Assembly: GCA_044376115.1 (NCBI GenBank)
Contig: JBILLK010000002.1
Location: 256,001 to 320,000, forward strand
Direction: 5' to 3'
DNA length: 64,000 nucleotides
Source: Polyangiaceae bacterium
GTDB lineage: Bacteria > Myxococcota_A > Polyangia > Polyangiales > Polyangiaceae
Numbering within the stretch: position 1 is the first letter of the stretch; each line of letters begins with the position of its first letter. Below are positions 49,472 to 59,793 of the stretch, piece by piece. The notes under the pieces were generated by a model. That model was not told where the DNA came from, ran no database searches, and saw only the letters and a program-made list of their open reading frames with translations. The position numbers and the translations under genes are program-made.

Positions 49472-50662
49472 TTAGAAACTCACGAAGTCTTCGCTGAGGA
49501 AGATGCCGCGCAGGGTGGCCTTGAGGTCACGGGATTGATCGAACTTCTCGATGTGTGGCTCCGCGACCTTGAAGGGCACGGTTGCCAAGTCGGTCACGAT
49601 GTCCTCCTTCGACAAGGCGAAGTTCCACGCGCGAGCGACGAGGCACTCACTGACCAGCGGGTCTTCGGCGAGCACTACGCCGAGATCGGCCATGGTGGTG
49701 ATTTCTTGGGAGCCCTCACGCCAGTGCAGCGTCTCTCCGGGTTGCAACCAATGCGCGAGCTCGGAAGGAATCGGCTCGGGGGCGATCGGCGTGTTCACCC
49801 CGAAGCCGTCGGTCCACATGCCCTCTTCGTCGAAGTGGGCGAACAGCGGCGCGATGTGGTTCAGCGTGCCGTGGCAGTTGGCGCAAAGTACCGATTCGCT
49901 GTCTTGGAAGTCGATCGGCGCGGTCGCGATGCTCTCGAAGGCCCACGGCGAGATGTAGTCTTTGCCGTTGATCTGCGTTGCTTCGCTGGCGATCTCGGCG
50001 GGGAACTTGGTGCAGTAGAACGTCTCCTGAACCCAGCGCGCGCGGCGGAAAGCCATGTTGCCGTAGAACTGCTTCATCACCTCGGGGTTGGTGAGGATGC
50101 CTGATTGTACCGGCGCACCGCTCTGGCAGTCGCCGTCGGTAAAGGTGCCGGTACCAGCGTCGAAGGTCGGGCAGTTGCCCGTTGCCGCGGTGAAGAGCTC
50201 GGTGAAGTCGCGGCCTTCGGCCATGAGCTTCGCAGCAAAGGCCGGCGCAGAGTCGCGACCGTCGCCGCCCATGCGCATGGTGTCGCGCCAGAACTTGAAG
50301 CTGCGGCTGGTGAACTCGGGCGAGGCCAGCATCAGATCCAGTTCGGCCTCGTAGGCGGCAGCGCGGTCTTCCGCACGCTCGACCCGACGAATCTGATCGA
50401 GCGTCGGGAGGCGGCGCACGAGCTTGATCGATGCCTTGCGTAGGGCTTCATTGTAGTCGACGACGCGGGCTTCGAGCGCCGGGTCTGTCTGCGGTCCTGC
50501 GTCTCCGCCGCCGTTGTTCTCTTCACCGCCGAGGCCGGTGCCGGAGGAGCCGCCGTTCTCTGATCCGTCGTCACCAACGTTGAGGATGGGGCCGGGATCT
50601 TGGCATGCGGCAAGGCAAAGGCCCGCCGTCAGCCCGAGGGCTACGCGAGTGACTCTGGGCAT
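49472..50662 (-). CDS. Mono-haem c lipoprotein with DUF1549/DUF1588/DUF1585-like segments
   Basis: Lipobox LAAC; LRKASIKLVRRLPT..LASPEF; SGILT..RRARWV..FYC; CANCH; start 50662 or 50686. Confidence 0.7.
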   Translation of the reverse strand: MPRVTRVALGLTAGLCLAACQDPGPILNVGDDGSENGGSSGTGLGGEENNGGGDAGPQTDPALEARVVDYNEALRKASIKLVRRLPTLDQIRRVERAEDRAAAYEAELDLMLASPEFTSRSFKFWRDTMRMGGDGRDSAPAFAAKLMAEGRDFTELFTAATGNCPTFDAGTGTFTDGDCQSGAPVQSGILTNPEVMKQFYGNMAFRRARWVQETFYCTKFPAEIASEATQINGKDYISPWAFESIATAPIDFQDSESVLCANCHGTLNHIAPLFAHFDEEGMWTDGFGVNTPIAPEPIPSELAHWLQPGETLHWREGSQEITTMADLGVVLAEDPLVSECLVARAWNFALSKEDIVTDLATVPFKVAEPHIEKFDQSRDLKATLRGIFLSEDFVSF

Positions 50663-50682
50663 GGTTCGTTCGCCTTTCTCAA

Positions 50683-51867
50683 TCATGGTTCACTCTCAAT
50701 CCACAGGGTGACGTTGTCGCGGAAGCCTTGGAAGGCGCCAGCATTGCCACCAAACTTGAAGGGGTGACTGGCGTTGCCGCCTGGGTCGGTCGTGATGAAA
50801 AGTTGGCTCGCCTGCGGGTTGTCAAAGTTCACGCGGTTCTTCACTTGAGCGCAGGTCGCACCCGAGTTGTTGTCGAGATCCGAGAGGTCGAGGGCTGCCG
50901 TGGCCTGACCGTTGTTGCCGCCGTGGCAGTTGACGCACGAGTTGGTGAGGGCTGGTTTGGCGTTCGCGTCGAAGGAAGCCACGTCACCGCAGCCGCCCTC
51001 CACCGTGCCACCGCCGCCACCGTTTCCGCCCATTCCCGCGCTCGACACGTACGGCTCAGCGAGTTCGAACCCGAGCCCGAGCTTGGCCTCGGCTTTCCAG
51101 TTGGTGAGGATCAGCGTCCCCACGCCCAAGGGGCCAACGGTGCCCTCGTCGAAGCGAGCATCGAGACCGGAGAAGCTGTCCGCGGGATCGGCCGTAGGGT
51201 CCTCACCCTTGGGGTACACAGCGAACACCGGGTGAACGACGTGCAAGCCGGTGGTCGCCGTGGTGTAGACCTCGAGACCGTCGAGCTTGAGGCTCGTCTC
51301 GGTCAACTTGGAGGCGGTGAACGCGATGGCCACGCCCTCGAGGTCTTTGTCGAGCGGCGCGAGATAGACGACGTTGAGGCCGAGGATCGGTGTGAAGGCG
51401 GGGAGGGTGGGGGTGCCTTCTTCAACCGGCGCGACGATCGCCGTCGACTCCGCGGTGAGCCACTCTTCAACCTTGGCCATTAACGAAGGATCGCCATCGA
51501 TGTTGGTCCCGGTGTGACCTTTCCCCGCGACGGAGTAGGTGAGAAACAGGCTCTGTTGCGGGTCTGCGGTGACGATGCCGGGCCACGAGAGCACGCTGGC
51601 GTAGCGGTCGGGCAAGGCGAGGAAGGGAGCATCACCGAGCCCGTTCGGCTCGTGGCAGGAGGCGCATGCGGCAGTGAGGTCAGGCTCGAGCGCTTCGAAC
51701 AACAACTTGCCGTTGTCGACGAAGGCGCCGCCTTCTCCACCGTTACCGCCAGCTCCGCCGCCGCCAGTGGTCTGGAGCACAAAGGGCTCGTCCTTGGAGC
51801 AGGAGGCGACGGCGGCCGCCATGCTCGTCAGCAACAGGCCTAGTCGGAATAAGTTAGAGGCACGCAT
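50683..51867 (-). CDS. Di-haem c-type cytochrome lipoprotein (two planctomycete-cytochrome-like domains)
   Basis: Lipobox VASC; CASCH and CVNCH, each followed by P..S......H and a terminal W; start re-picked at 51867. Confidence 0.78.
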   Translation of the reverse strand: MRASNLFRLGLLLTSMAAAVASCSKDEPFVLQTTGGGGAGGNGGEGGAFVDNGKLLFEALEPDLTAACASCHEPNGLGDAPFLALPDRYASVLSWPGIVTADPQQSLFLTYSVAGKGHTGTNIDGDPSLMAKVEEWLTAESTAIVAPVEEGTPTLPAFTPILGLNVVYLAPLDKDLEGVAIAFTASKLTETSLKLDGLEVYTTATTGLHVVHPVFAVYPKGEDPTADPADSFSGLDARFDEGTVGPLGVGTLILTNWKAEAKLGLGFELAEPYVSSAGMGGNGGGGGTVEGGCGDVASFDANAKPALTNSCVNCHGGNNGQATAALDLSDLDNNSGATCAQVKNRVNFDNPQASQLFITTDPGGNASHPFKFGGNAGAFQGFRDNVTLWIESEP

Positions 51868-51881
51868 GAACTCCCAAGTAG

Positions 51882-51897
51882 AGCACTTGCCGTGCCA
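51882..51897 (-). promoter_or_regulatory. Candidate sigma54 (-24/-12) promoter
   Basis: Minus strand TGGCACGGCAAGTGCT versus consensus TGGCACG-N4-TTGCW (one mismatch, correct GG/GC spacing). Confidence 0.55.
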
Positions 51898-52024
51898 GCG
51901 CGGACCAAGCAAATCAGTCGAAGATCTGAAAGGGCGCACACTGTAGTTGAAGGAGCTGTGGATCCATGTTGTCCCAGGGCTTCGGTCCACCCCTTCGCTG
52001 GACTACATGGTGCGCAACCAAGGT

Positions 52025-55000
52025 TTAGTTGCTGCGAACCTTCTCAAATGGCTCGCGCCGCCAGGGTTCTTGGCTGGCGATCTTGATCAAACTCACGTCC
52101 TCGGGCTTACGGATCGTAACCAGCGTGGCGTGAACACCGGGCGCCCCGCTGACGCTGCTGAGCAAGTTGGGCGCAAGCTGTAGGACCGGTACCGCGAGCG
52201 CCTCGGCGAGCGTCTCGGCGTGCTTGGCTTGGCGCTCCAAAACAGCGTTGGCCAGGCTGCGCAGGCTGCGATCGAGAGCGTCCAAGTAGCGCTCGCGCAG
52301 ATGCTTGATCTGACCGCCGAGCTCACCGCCGATCTCCTCGAGTGCGCCCCACGCTGCGGCTATCGCCGGAGCCAGCGATTGATGGACGAAGGCCTCGATC
52401 TCGGCGATGTCGTCGAGCACCTGCTCGGCGCGCACCAGCTCCTCCGAGAAGCGCAACAGCGTGCTCGCGTCGCCACCGCCACCCGCTGCTGAAAGCCGCG
52501 GCGCGATCGAAACGCCGAACTCTGCCTCGAGCGCTGCGAGCCGTTCGAGCGCGGCTGAAAACGCCGGAGTATCGGCGTTGGGCTGCGCTAGTTCGAGGAA
52601 GTTCGGCGTGTGCGGTGGGAAGCTGCACTCGAGCGGACGCAAGGCAACGAAGCGACCTCCCGCTGCAGCGAGCGCGGCTGGAGCATCCACGTCGCCGGCC
52701 ATCAGGTTGAAGGGCGCCGCGATCAGCGCCGCCTCCTTGGCCGCTGTGGAGCTGCCCAGTGCGGTTGCGCTCTCATGCGGCAGGGCGGTCTTGAGGTAGA
52801 GGCCAAGTTGCACCGCCGTTCCCTTCGGCCGCATTTCCCACGCCGCATCGAGCGACGCCAGCTCACTCGGAAGCAAGGCCAGATCGAGCTGGACGCCGGC
52901 GCGCGCAGTCAGCGTAAGCACGCCCTCGGCCTCGTTACCCGGGAGCAGCCCGATCAGCACCAGCGCCTCGCGCGGAGTCCCGGCGGCAACGACGCGCCGA
53001 ACGCCCTCGCCCACAGCTGGTGCGCGCGGCGCATCGAAGGCGATCAGGTTGATGCCGGCTCGCACCGCCTGTTCGACGGTGTTGGTCGCGTCGTCCTCGA
53101 GCAAGCTGCCGACCATCACACCAACGCGCGAGACCGTGAGTTCGCCCAGCAGGCTGCCCTGCGGCAGGAAGGCTCGGGTCGCTTCGGGGCTGGCAGCGCC
53201 CGGGAGCAAGCGACGCCCAACCCCGCGCGAGGCGGTCGCGCTGCGAGCCGCTTCTTCGAGCAGCGCCCTCAGCTCTTCGCCGCGGAGCACCGGCGCTTCA
53301 CAGGCGAAGTTGCGACATACGAAGGCTTGGCTCTGCCCAACTAGCGGCGCTTTGCCCGCGAGCAGCGGTAGCGAGCTCGGCTCGCTTCCGCGCGCGACGA
53401 TCGTAAAGCCGCGCGCATGACCGATCAGCGCCTTGTTCAGCTCGGCGTAGTTCGGGTCGCCGGGCGAACCGACGAGCGCAACCTCGATCGGCGCGAAGGC
53501 GAGCTTGCGCGCCACATCGAGCGACGTCATGAAGGCCCTCGGTAGCCTTGTAATCGGGCGGCCAAAGGCGACGATCGCCTCCTGTGCGAGCTCACGCAAA
53601 TCGTCCCGACCGAAGTGCGCGCCCAAGCGAACGAGCACGCGCGCGAACACAGCGTTGGGGCTGGCCGTTGCGCCGTCGGAGCCTTCATACATGCGTACCG
53701 CGAGCTGCTCTTGATGGCTGGCGGTATTGAAGAAGGGACCTTGCTCACTGCGAAAATCCAAGACGGCGCGCTCGGCGAGCGCCAGCGCCGTGCGCAACCA
53801 CTCATCCTGGCCGGTCGCCTCGTACAGCTCGATCAGCCCCTCGGCGAAGAACGCGTAGTCCTCGAGAAAGCCGCCGATATGGCTTTTGCCAGCGCGATGG
53901 GCACGGAGCAAACGGCCGTCGGCGTCGCGCAGCGAGGAGAGGATGAAGCGCGCACAACGTTGGGCCGCCTCGAGGTAACGAGGCTCATCCAGCAGGGCGC
54001 CGGCGAGCGCCAGCGCGCTGATAGTGAGGCCGTTCCAAGCGCTCAAGATCTTGTCGTCGCACAGGGGCTTGATCCGCTCATTGCGTACGCTACGGAGCTT
54101 CTCTTTGGCTTCGTCGATGCGCCGGTTCAGCTCGGGCAAGGGGAGGTTCGCCTCGCGAGATAGAGCGATGAGGGAGCGCTTGCGGCGCAAGACGTTGTGG
54201 CCCTCCCAATTGCCGGCCTCGCTGACGTCGAACACCAGCGCCATCAGCTCGGCTTGGTCTCCGCAAACGCGATCGAACTCGGCCTTGCTCCAGACGAAGA
54301 ACTTCCCTTCGACGCCTTCGCTGTCGGCGTCGGTGGCGCTGTAGAACCCGCCGCCTTCGTCCTGCATCTCGCGCAATAGGTAGTCGAGCGTCTCGCGCAC
54401 CACGCTGGCGTACGAAGGGTCGGCGAACGCGCGGAACGCCTCGGTGTAGAGGCGAACGAGCTGCGCGTTGTCGTACAGCATCTTTTCGAAATGCGGCACA
54501 TGCCATTCTTTGTCGGTGGAATAGCGCGCAAAGCCCCCACCCACGTGATCGTAGATACCGCCAGCCGCCATGCGATCGAGCGTCACGGTGAGCGCGTGGC
54601 GGGCGTTTTCATCGGCCTCCTCGACTGCGTGCCGGAGTAGCAGCGCGAGCGTGAAAGGCGCCGGAAATTTGGGCGCCGGTCCAAAGCCGCCGTGCACTTC
54701 GTCGAAGTTCGAAAGCACGCTCTTGAGCGCATCTTTCTCGAGTGAAGGTGGCAGCGCCGCGGGCGGCGCGGACTTCGCTTCATCCTGCAACGCTTGCAGC
54801 AGTGTATCGGCTTGGCGCTCCACATCGCTGCGTTGCTTCTGCCAAAGTTGGGCGATACGCGAGAGCAGGTCGGTGAAGCCGGGCCTCCCGTACTTCGACT
54901 CCTTCGGGAAGTAGGTGCCGGCAAAGAAAGGACGTCCGTCGGGCGTGATGAAGACGCTCATCGGCCAGCCGCCGGCGCCGGTCATCGCGATGGTCGCGGT

Positions 55001-55291
55001 CATGTAAAGTTGATCGACGTCGGGGCGCTCTTCGCGATCGACCTTGATGGCGATGAAGTCGCGATTGAGCGCCTGCGCGACTACTTCGTCTTCGAAGCTC
55101 TCGCGCTCCATCACGTGGCACCAATGACAAGCTGCGTAGCCGATGCTCACGAACACCGGCTTGTCTTCGCGCTTCGCCCGCTCCAGCGCCTCCGGCCCCC
55201 ACGGGTACCAATCCACCGGGTTGTTAGCGTGCGAAAGCAGGTACGGACTTGCGGCCTGCGCAAGACGATTGGTGGGGCGGCCGGAGCTCAT
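52025..55291 (-). CDS. YyaL/SPATA20 (DUF255 thioredoxin + six-hairpin) protein with aldo-keto-reductase-like C-terminal extension
   Basis: [55 protein letters not shown]; start re-picked at 55291. Confidence 0.88.
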   Translation of the reverse strand: MSSGRPTNRLAQAASPYLLSHANNPVDWYPWGPEALERAKREDKPVFVSIGYAACHWCHVMERESFEDEVVAQALNRDFIAIKVDREERPDVDQLYMTATIAMTGAGGWPMSVFITPDGRPFFAGTYFPKESKYGRPGFTDLLSRIAQLWQKQRSDVERQADTLLQALQDEAKSAPPAALPPSLEKDALKSVLSNFDEVHGGFGPAPKFPAPFTLALLLRHAVEEADENARHALTVTLDRMAAGGIYDHVGGGFARYSTDKEWHVPHFEKMLYDNAQLVRLYTEAFRAFADPSYASVVRETLDYLLREMQDEGGGFYSATDADSEGVEGKFFVWSKAEFDRVCGDQAELMALVFDVSEAGNWEGHNVLRRKRSLIALSREANLPLPELNRRIDEAKEKLRSVRNERIKPLCDDKILSAWNGLTISALALAGALLDEPRYLEAAQRCARFILSSLRDADGRLLRAHRAGKSHIGGFLEDYAFFAEGLIELYEATGQDEWLRTALALAERAVLDFRSEQGPFFNTASHQEQLAVRMYEGSDGATASPNAVFARVLVRLGAHFGRDDLRELAQEAIVAFGRPITRLPRAFMTSLDVARKLAFAPIEVALVGSPGDPNYAELNKALIGHARGFTIVARGSEPSSLPLLAGKAPLVGQSQAFVCRNFACEAPVLRGEELRALLEEAARSATASRGVGRRLLPGAASPEATRAFLPQGSLLGELTVSRVGVMVGSLLEDDATNTVEQAVRAGINLIAFDAPRAPAVGEGVRRVVAAGTPREALVLIGLLPGNEAEGVLTLTARAGVQLDLALLPSELASLDAAWEMRPKGTAVQLGLYLKTALPHESATALGSSTAAKEAALIAAPFNLMAGDVDAPAALAAAGGRFVALRPLECSFPPHTPNFLELAQPNADTPAFSAALERLAALEAEFGVSIAPRLSAAGGGGDASTLLRFSEELVRAEQVLDDIAEIEAFVHQSLAPAIAAAWGALEEIGGELGGQIKHLRERYLDALDRSLRSLANAVLERQAKHAETLAEALAVPVLQLAPNLLSSVSGAPGVHATLVTIRKPEDVSLIKIASQEPWRREPFEKVRSN

Positions 55292-55414
55292 CGGCGGTTC
55301 ATGTTCGCCTTTTGGCTGCCCGGCAACCCCGATCGGGGAGCTGGCATGGAGATAACGTGGAAGCCGAGGCGAAACCTTGACCAGGTTGACGCGGTGGCCC
55401 ACGTTCCGCAACCA

Positions 55415-56743
55415 ATGCAGACCATTGCGGGATGGGGCCGAATCGGCGCCCCGGGCACAGAAACTCTCTCGGAAGACCTCGAACGGCTGAGCGTCGGCGC
55501 GGTGCTCAGCCGCGGGCTCGGCCGCTCCTACGGAGACAGCGCCATCCCGCCTGCCGATGCGCCCACCGTCGCGACCACGACCATGGCCGATCGCATCCTC
55601 GGGTTCGATCCCGAGAGCGCTGTGTTGCGGGCCGAAGCCGGCGTATCGATCGAGCAACTCAACCGCAGGTTGTTGCGCAAAGGCTTCTTCGTCCCGGTGA
55701 CGCCGGGCACGCAGTTCGTCACCATGGGCGGCGCCGTCGCGGCCGACGTGCACGGCAAGAACCACCACGTGGACGGCTGCTTTGGCTCGCACGTGCAGCG
55801 GCTCAAGCTGCGCGTCCCGGATGGCCGCCTGGTGGAGGCCACACCCGACGGCGAACACAGCGATCTGTTTTGGGCCAACGTCGGCGGCATGGGCTTGTTC
55901 GGGCACATCCTCGAGGTGGACGTGAAGATGAAGGCTGTGCCTTCGCCCTGGATCGCTCAACAAACCGAGCGCGTCGACGACATCGACCAGTACATCGATC
56001 TGCTGAAGCAGCGCGCAGCCGAGTTCCCTTTCACCGTCGGCTGGATCGACTGCCTCTCGGGCGGTAAGAACTTGGGGCGCGGCACCTTGATCGCCGGCAA
56101 GTGGGCCTCGGCCGAGGAGGCGCCGCAACGCTTCCCAGAGCCGAAACGTCGCATCACCTTTCCGATGGAGCTACCGAGCTGGGCGCTCTCCCGCCCCACG
56201 GTGCAAGCCTTCAACACGCTCAACTATTGGCGTCATCTGCCGCGCAAAATGAACGGCCTGGTGCATTGGGAGACCTTCTTCTACCCGCTCGACATGATCC
56301 GCGAGTGGAACCGCATGTACGGCAAGCGCGGCTTTACGCAGTATCAGTGCGTGCTGCCCGATTCGGCTGGGCGCGGCGCGGCTCGCCGCGTGCTCGAGCT
56401 GCTCAGCCGGCGAGGCGGAGCGAGCTTTCTGTGCGTGATCAAAGACTGCGGGGAGGCCAATCGCGGCCTGCTCTCCTTCCCGATGAAAGGCATCAGCATC
56501 GCGCTCGACATCGCCGTGCGCGACGACACGCAGGCTTTGATCGACGCGCTCAACGAGCAGGTACTGAGCGACGGCGGCCGCATCTACCTTGCCAAGGATC
56601 AGTTCACCCGGCCGGAGCACTTCCGCGAAATGGAGAAGGCGCGCCTCGGACGCTTTCTCGAGGCGCGCGATCGCTGGGACCCGCAGCGCAAGGTTCGAAG
56701 TCGGCAGTCGGAGCGGCTGTTCGGCGACCGCGCAGCCACATGA
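55415..56743 (+). CDS. DprE1-like FAD-binding oxidoreductase
   Basis: [59 protein letters not shown]; start 55415 or GTG 55394. Confidence 0.9.
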   Translation: MQTIAGWGRIGAPGTETLSEDLERLSVGAVLSRGLGRSYGDSAIPPADAPTVATTTMADRILGFDPESAVLRAEAGVSIEQLNRRLLRKGFFVPVTPGTQFVTMGGAVAADVHGKNHHVDGCFGSHVQRLKLRVPDGRLVEATPDGEHSDLFWANVGGMGLFGHILEVDVKMKAVPSPWIAQQTERVDDIDQYIDLLKQRAAEFPFTVGWIDCLSGGKNLGRGTLIAGKWASAEEAPQRFPEPKRRITFPMELPSWALSRPTVQAFNTLNYWRHLPRKMNGLVHWETFFYPLDMIREWNRMYGKRGFTQYQCVLPDSAGRGAARRVLELLSRRGGASFLCVIKDCGEANRGLLSFPMKGISIALDIAVRDDTQALIDALNEQVLSDGGRIYLAKDQFTRPEHFREMEKARLGRFLEARDRWDPQRKVRSRQSERLFGDRAAT

Positions 56744-56798
56744 ACGAGGCCATGCCGCCCAAGTCATTCCCTCCGGCGGAGCGGACTGGTAGAGCGCG

Positions 56799-57539
56799 AT
56801 GATGAACGTTGTCTTTCTTGGTGCGACCAAAGGCATGGGGCGCGCGTTGGCTCGGCTGATGGCGGCGCGCGGAGATGCGCTGTTTCTGCTCGGCCGGGAC
56901 GCTGAGGACCTGGATAAGACCAGCGCGGATCTGGGCGCAGACGGTATGCGTCCGCTCGGCCACTACGCTTGTGATCTCTCCGACGCGAGCTCCTTCCCGC
57001 AGGCGCTGGACCGCGCCTTCGAGGCCTTTGGTGGGCATGTGGACGTGGTGGTCGTCACCGCCGGCTTGTTCGATACGCAGGACGCGCTCGAGTCGGATGC
57101 AGCGCTGCTACGCCGCGTGCTCGACGTCGATTTCACCGGCACCGTGATGTTCTGTGAAGAGGCGCGCAAGCGGCTGATGGCGCGCGGCGGCGGGACGTTG
57201 TGTGTGTTCTCGTCGGTGGCTGGTGAGCGCGGACGCAAGCCGGTGGTGCTTTACGGAGCGGCCAAAGCGGGGCTCTCGCACTACCTCGAGGGGCTCGATC
57301 ATCGTTATCGGGCACAGGGTCTGAAGGTGGTCACGGTCAAGCCAGGATTTGTCAAAACAGGTCTAACCGCCGGTCTCAAACCGCCGCCTTTCGCCGGAGA
57401 ACCGGAAGAGGTCGCAGAACTCGTGCTCAAAGGGATCGATCGCGGGACACCCGAGGTGTACGCCCCGCGCGCCTGGGGCGCGGTCATGACAGTGATTCGA
57501 AATCTTCCTCGTTTTGTCATGCGCCGCGTCAGCTTTTGA
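56799..57539 (+). CDS. DprE2-like SDR reductase
   Basis: GATKGMG, SSVAGERGR, YGAAKAG, VKPGFV; follows the DprE1-like gene. Confidence 0.85.
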   Translation: MMNVVFLGATKGMGRALARLMAARGDALFLLGRDAEDLDKTSADLGADGMRPLGHYACDLSDASSFPQALDRAFEAFGGHVDVVVVTAGLFDTQDALESDAALLRRVLDVDFTGTVMFCEEARKRLMARGGGTLCVFSSVAGERGRKPVVLYGAAKAGLSHYLEGLDHRYRAQGLKVVTVKPGFVKTGLTAGLKPPPFAGEPEEVAELVLKGIDRGTPEVYAPRAWGAVMTVIRNLPRFVMRRVSF

Positions 57540-57554
57540 GCTTCACTTCGCGCG

Positions 57555-59765
57555 ATGAAACTCGCGCGCCCGCTGCTCACCAGTCTCTGCCTCCTCTGTG
57601 CTTCGCCTGCCTTCGCGGAACAACGCGTCGCAGGCTCTCAAGAGCTCGTGGTGAAGCCCGGGAGTTCGATCGAGGCTGCGGCGCAGGACTTCCTGAGCGC
57701 TCGCAGCGCAGAGTTCGGTCTCGCGGGGACGGAGCTACGCATGCAACGCGAGACGCGCTCCTTGCGCGGCTCGAGCGTGGTGCGCTTTGCGCAGTCGGTC
57801 GGTGGAGTGCGCGTAGCGGAGGGCGGCGTTACGCTCGTCGTGCGCAAGGACGGCACCTTCGGCGGCGCCGCGGTGGACGTACGCAAACTGAACGTGGACC
57901 CGGTGCCGCAGCTCAGCCAGCAGCAGGCGCTCGCGGCCCTGCAAAGCGAGCTTGTGACCGTGGAGCAGCCCTTTCGCAGCGAGCTGCTGATCCTGCGCAT
58001 CCACTCGCAGAGCGGCCAGGCCACCTTGGCCTACGCCTTTGATCTTAATGATCAGGCTGGCGGAACGCGCTACTTCATCAACGCGCACACCGGCTCGCTC
58101 GTGACCTCGCGGCCCCTCGCAACGCACGTACTCGGGCGCGTGCACGAGATGAACGCTGTCGAGACGCCGGAGCTCGTGGATCGCGAACTGCCGCTGATCG
58201 ACGAGGTGACCAAACCCCGTCGGCTGCGCGGTTGGGACGGGCTCTTCAACGTCGCCAACTACGTGAGCGGAGATAGTCAGAACGGCTATGAGCTTTCGCA
58301 GGACCTCGGCCCCAACGTTGGCAACGACTTCCTCTACGACCTGCCGACCAACCTGCTTTCCACCACCGACGAGCTGGCGCAGGTCAACCTCTACTACCAC
58401 CTCACCCATATTCGGAATGCCTTCAGCGCGCTCGGGGTCGACCAGACTGCCTCGTCGTGGAGTCTCACCGCGGTGGCCAACGCGCGTGAGAACGGGCAAC
58501 CGCTCGACAACGCCTTCTTCTCGGGCGCACCAGAGCCGCAGTTCAGCTCCAACAACATGATCGTGATCGGCCAGGGCAGCGTGGGAGACTTTGCCTACGA
58601 CTCCGACGTCTTCAAGCATGAGTTCGGCCACTACGTTTCGAACAACGCCATCGGATACAACCTCGGCCAGTTCAACTTCGACGAGTTCGGTCAGTCGCCG
58701 TTCTCCGGCTCGATCGACGAGGGCATCGCCGACTACTTCGCTTGCAGCGACAACGACGATTCGCAGCTTGGGGAGGCGTCTCTCGCGCCGCTTGGTGCCG
58801 GCCGCGATTTGACCGACACCAGCAAGGTCTGCCCTGACGACGTTATTGGCGAGGTGCATGCGGACGGTGAGATCATCGGCAGCTTGGGCTGGTCGATTCG
58901 CGAGGAGGTCGGGCGCGACCTGGCCGATCGCATCATGTGGGACGCCCTTTCATCGCTCAACCCAGGTGCAGATTTCCAAGCCTTCGGGCTCGCGCTCAAA
59001 GCCGCCGCGCAAGAGCAAGCCGACGCCGGCAACCTCACCGAGCCGCAGCGTGCGGCGATTGATGCGCTGATCGCGGCGCGCGGGATCGACACCTGCGAAC
59101 GGGTGATCGCGCTCGACGGCGGCAAGGTGGCGACCGGCACCATCTTTGGGCTCGAGACGATCGGCGCTGCTTTTGGTGCCTCCTGTGACCAGGTGCAGAG
59201 CTTCGGCGTTACCTTGTCCTCGCTCTTCCACTATTCGTACGCGCCCGCCGCAGGAGACACCGGGGTGCAGTTCAGCTTCTCCGGCGCGGCCCAGGGCTCC
59301 GGGGATCTCGACTACACCGGCTATATTCGCGTTGGTGAGCCTGTGACCTTCAAGGTCTCCGGCCAAGGCCTCCCCGAGGTGGACGAGTTCGACTATGCGT
59401 TCGACGAGAACGGCTCGGCCGCCGACTTCGTGATCGATCAGAACAGCTCACCGCCGTTCGATGCTTCGCAGCGCTACTACCTCGCGGTGGTCTCGCGCAG
59501 CTGCCCGACGCTGGCCTTCCAGATCAGCGCCGGCGCCCCCGAGCCCGAACCGCCGCCCGGCGTCGGCGGAGCTTCGGCGAACGGCGGCGCTGATGCGGGT
59601 GGCGCTGGAGGGGAGGGCGGTCAACCTGCAGGCGACGGCGAGGACGGCGAGGACGGCTGTGATTGTCGAGCCGCCACCACCTCGTCGAATGCAGGGTCTT
59701 TTGCGCTCGCAGCGCTGGCGCTGGTCGGGCTCGTGCGCCGTCGTCGCGCGCTGAAGCAAGGCTGA
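57555..59765 (+). CDS. Secreted M4/M36-type metallopeptidase with propeptide and MYXO-CTERM
   Basis: Signal peptide, FTP/PepSY-like propeptide, DNAFF, HEFGH, DEGIADYF, EVHADG; C-terminal GCDCR + TM + RRRR. Confidence 0.88.
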   Translation: MKLARPLLTSLCLLCASPAFAEQRVAGSQELVVKPGSSIEAAAQDFLSARSAEFGLAGTELRMQRETRSLRGSSVVRFAQSVGGVRVAEGGVTLVVRKDGTFGGAAVDVRKLNVDPVPQLSQQQALAALQSELVTVEQPFRSELLILRIHSQSGQATLAYAFDLNDQAGGTRYFINAHTGSLVTSRPLATHVLGRVHEMNAVETPELVDRELPLIDEVTKPRRLRGWDGLFNVANYVSGDSQNGYELSQDLGPNVGNDFLYDLPTNLLSTTDELAQVNLYYHLTHIRNAFSALGVDQTASSWSLTAVANARENGQPLDNAFFSGAPEPQFSSNNMIVIGQGSVGDFAYDSDVFKHEFGHYVSNNAIGYNLGQFNFDEFGQSPFSGSIDEGIADYFACSDNDDSQLGEASLAPLGAGRDLTDTSKVCPDDVIGEVHADGEIIGSLGWSIREEVGRDLADRIMWDALSSLNPGADFQAFGLALKAAAQEQADAGNLTEPQRAAIDALIAARGIDTCERVIALDGGKVATGTIFGLETIGAAFGASCDQVQSFGVTLSSLFHYSYAPAAGDTGVQFSFSGAAQGSGDLDYTGYIRVGEPVTFKVSGQGLPEVDEFDYAFDENGSAADFVIDQNSSPPFDASQRYYLAVVSRSCPTLAFQISAGAPEPEPPPGVGGASANGGADAGGAGGEGGQPAGDGEDGEDGCDCRAATTSSNAGSFALAALALVGLVRRRRALKQG

Positions 59766-59793
59766 GCGCGCGGTTTCGGCGGAAGGCGGGCGG

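Noticed and set aside
55292..56128. N-terminal 279 aa of the 1367-aa ORF, suggesting a giant fusion overlapping the DprE1-like gene
   Set aside because: It is the antisense read of the DprE1-like gene; YyaL homology starts at [10 protein letters not shown] (55291)
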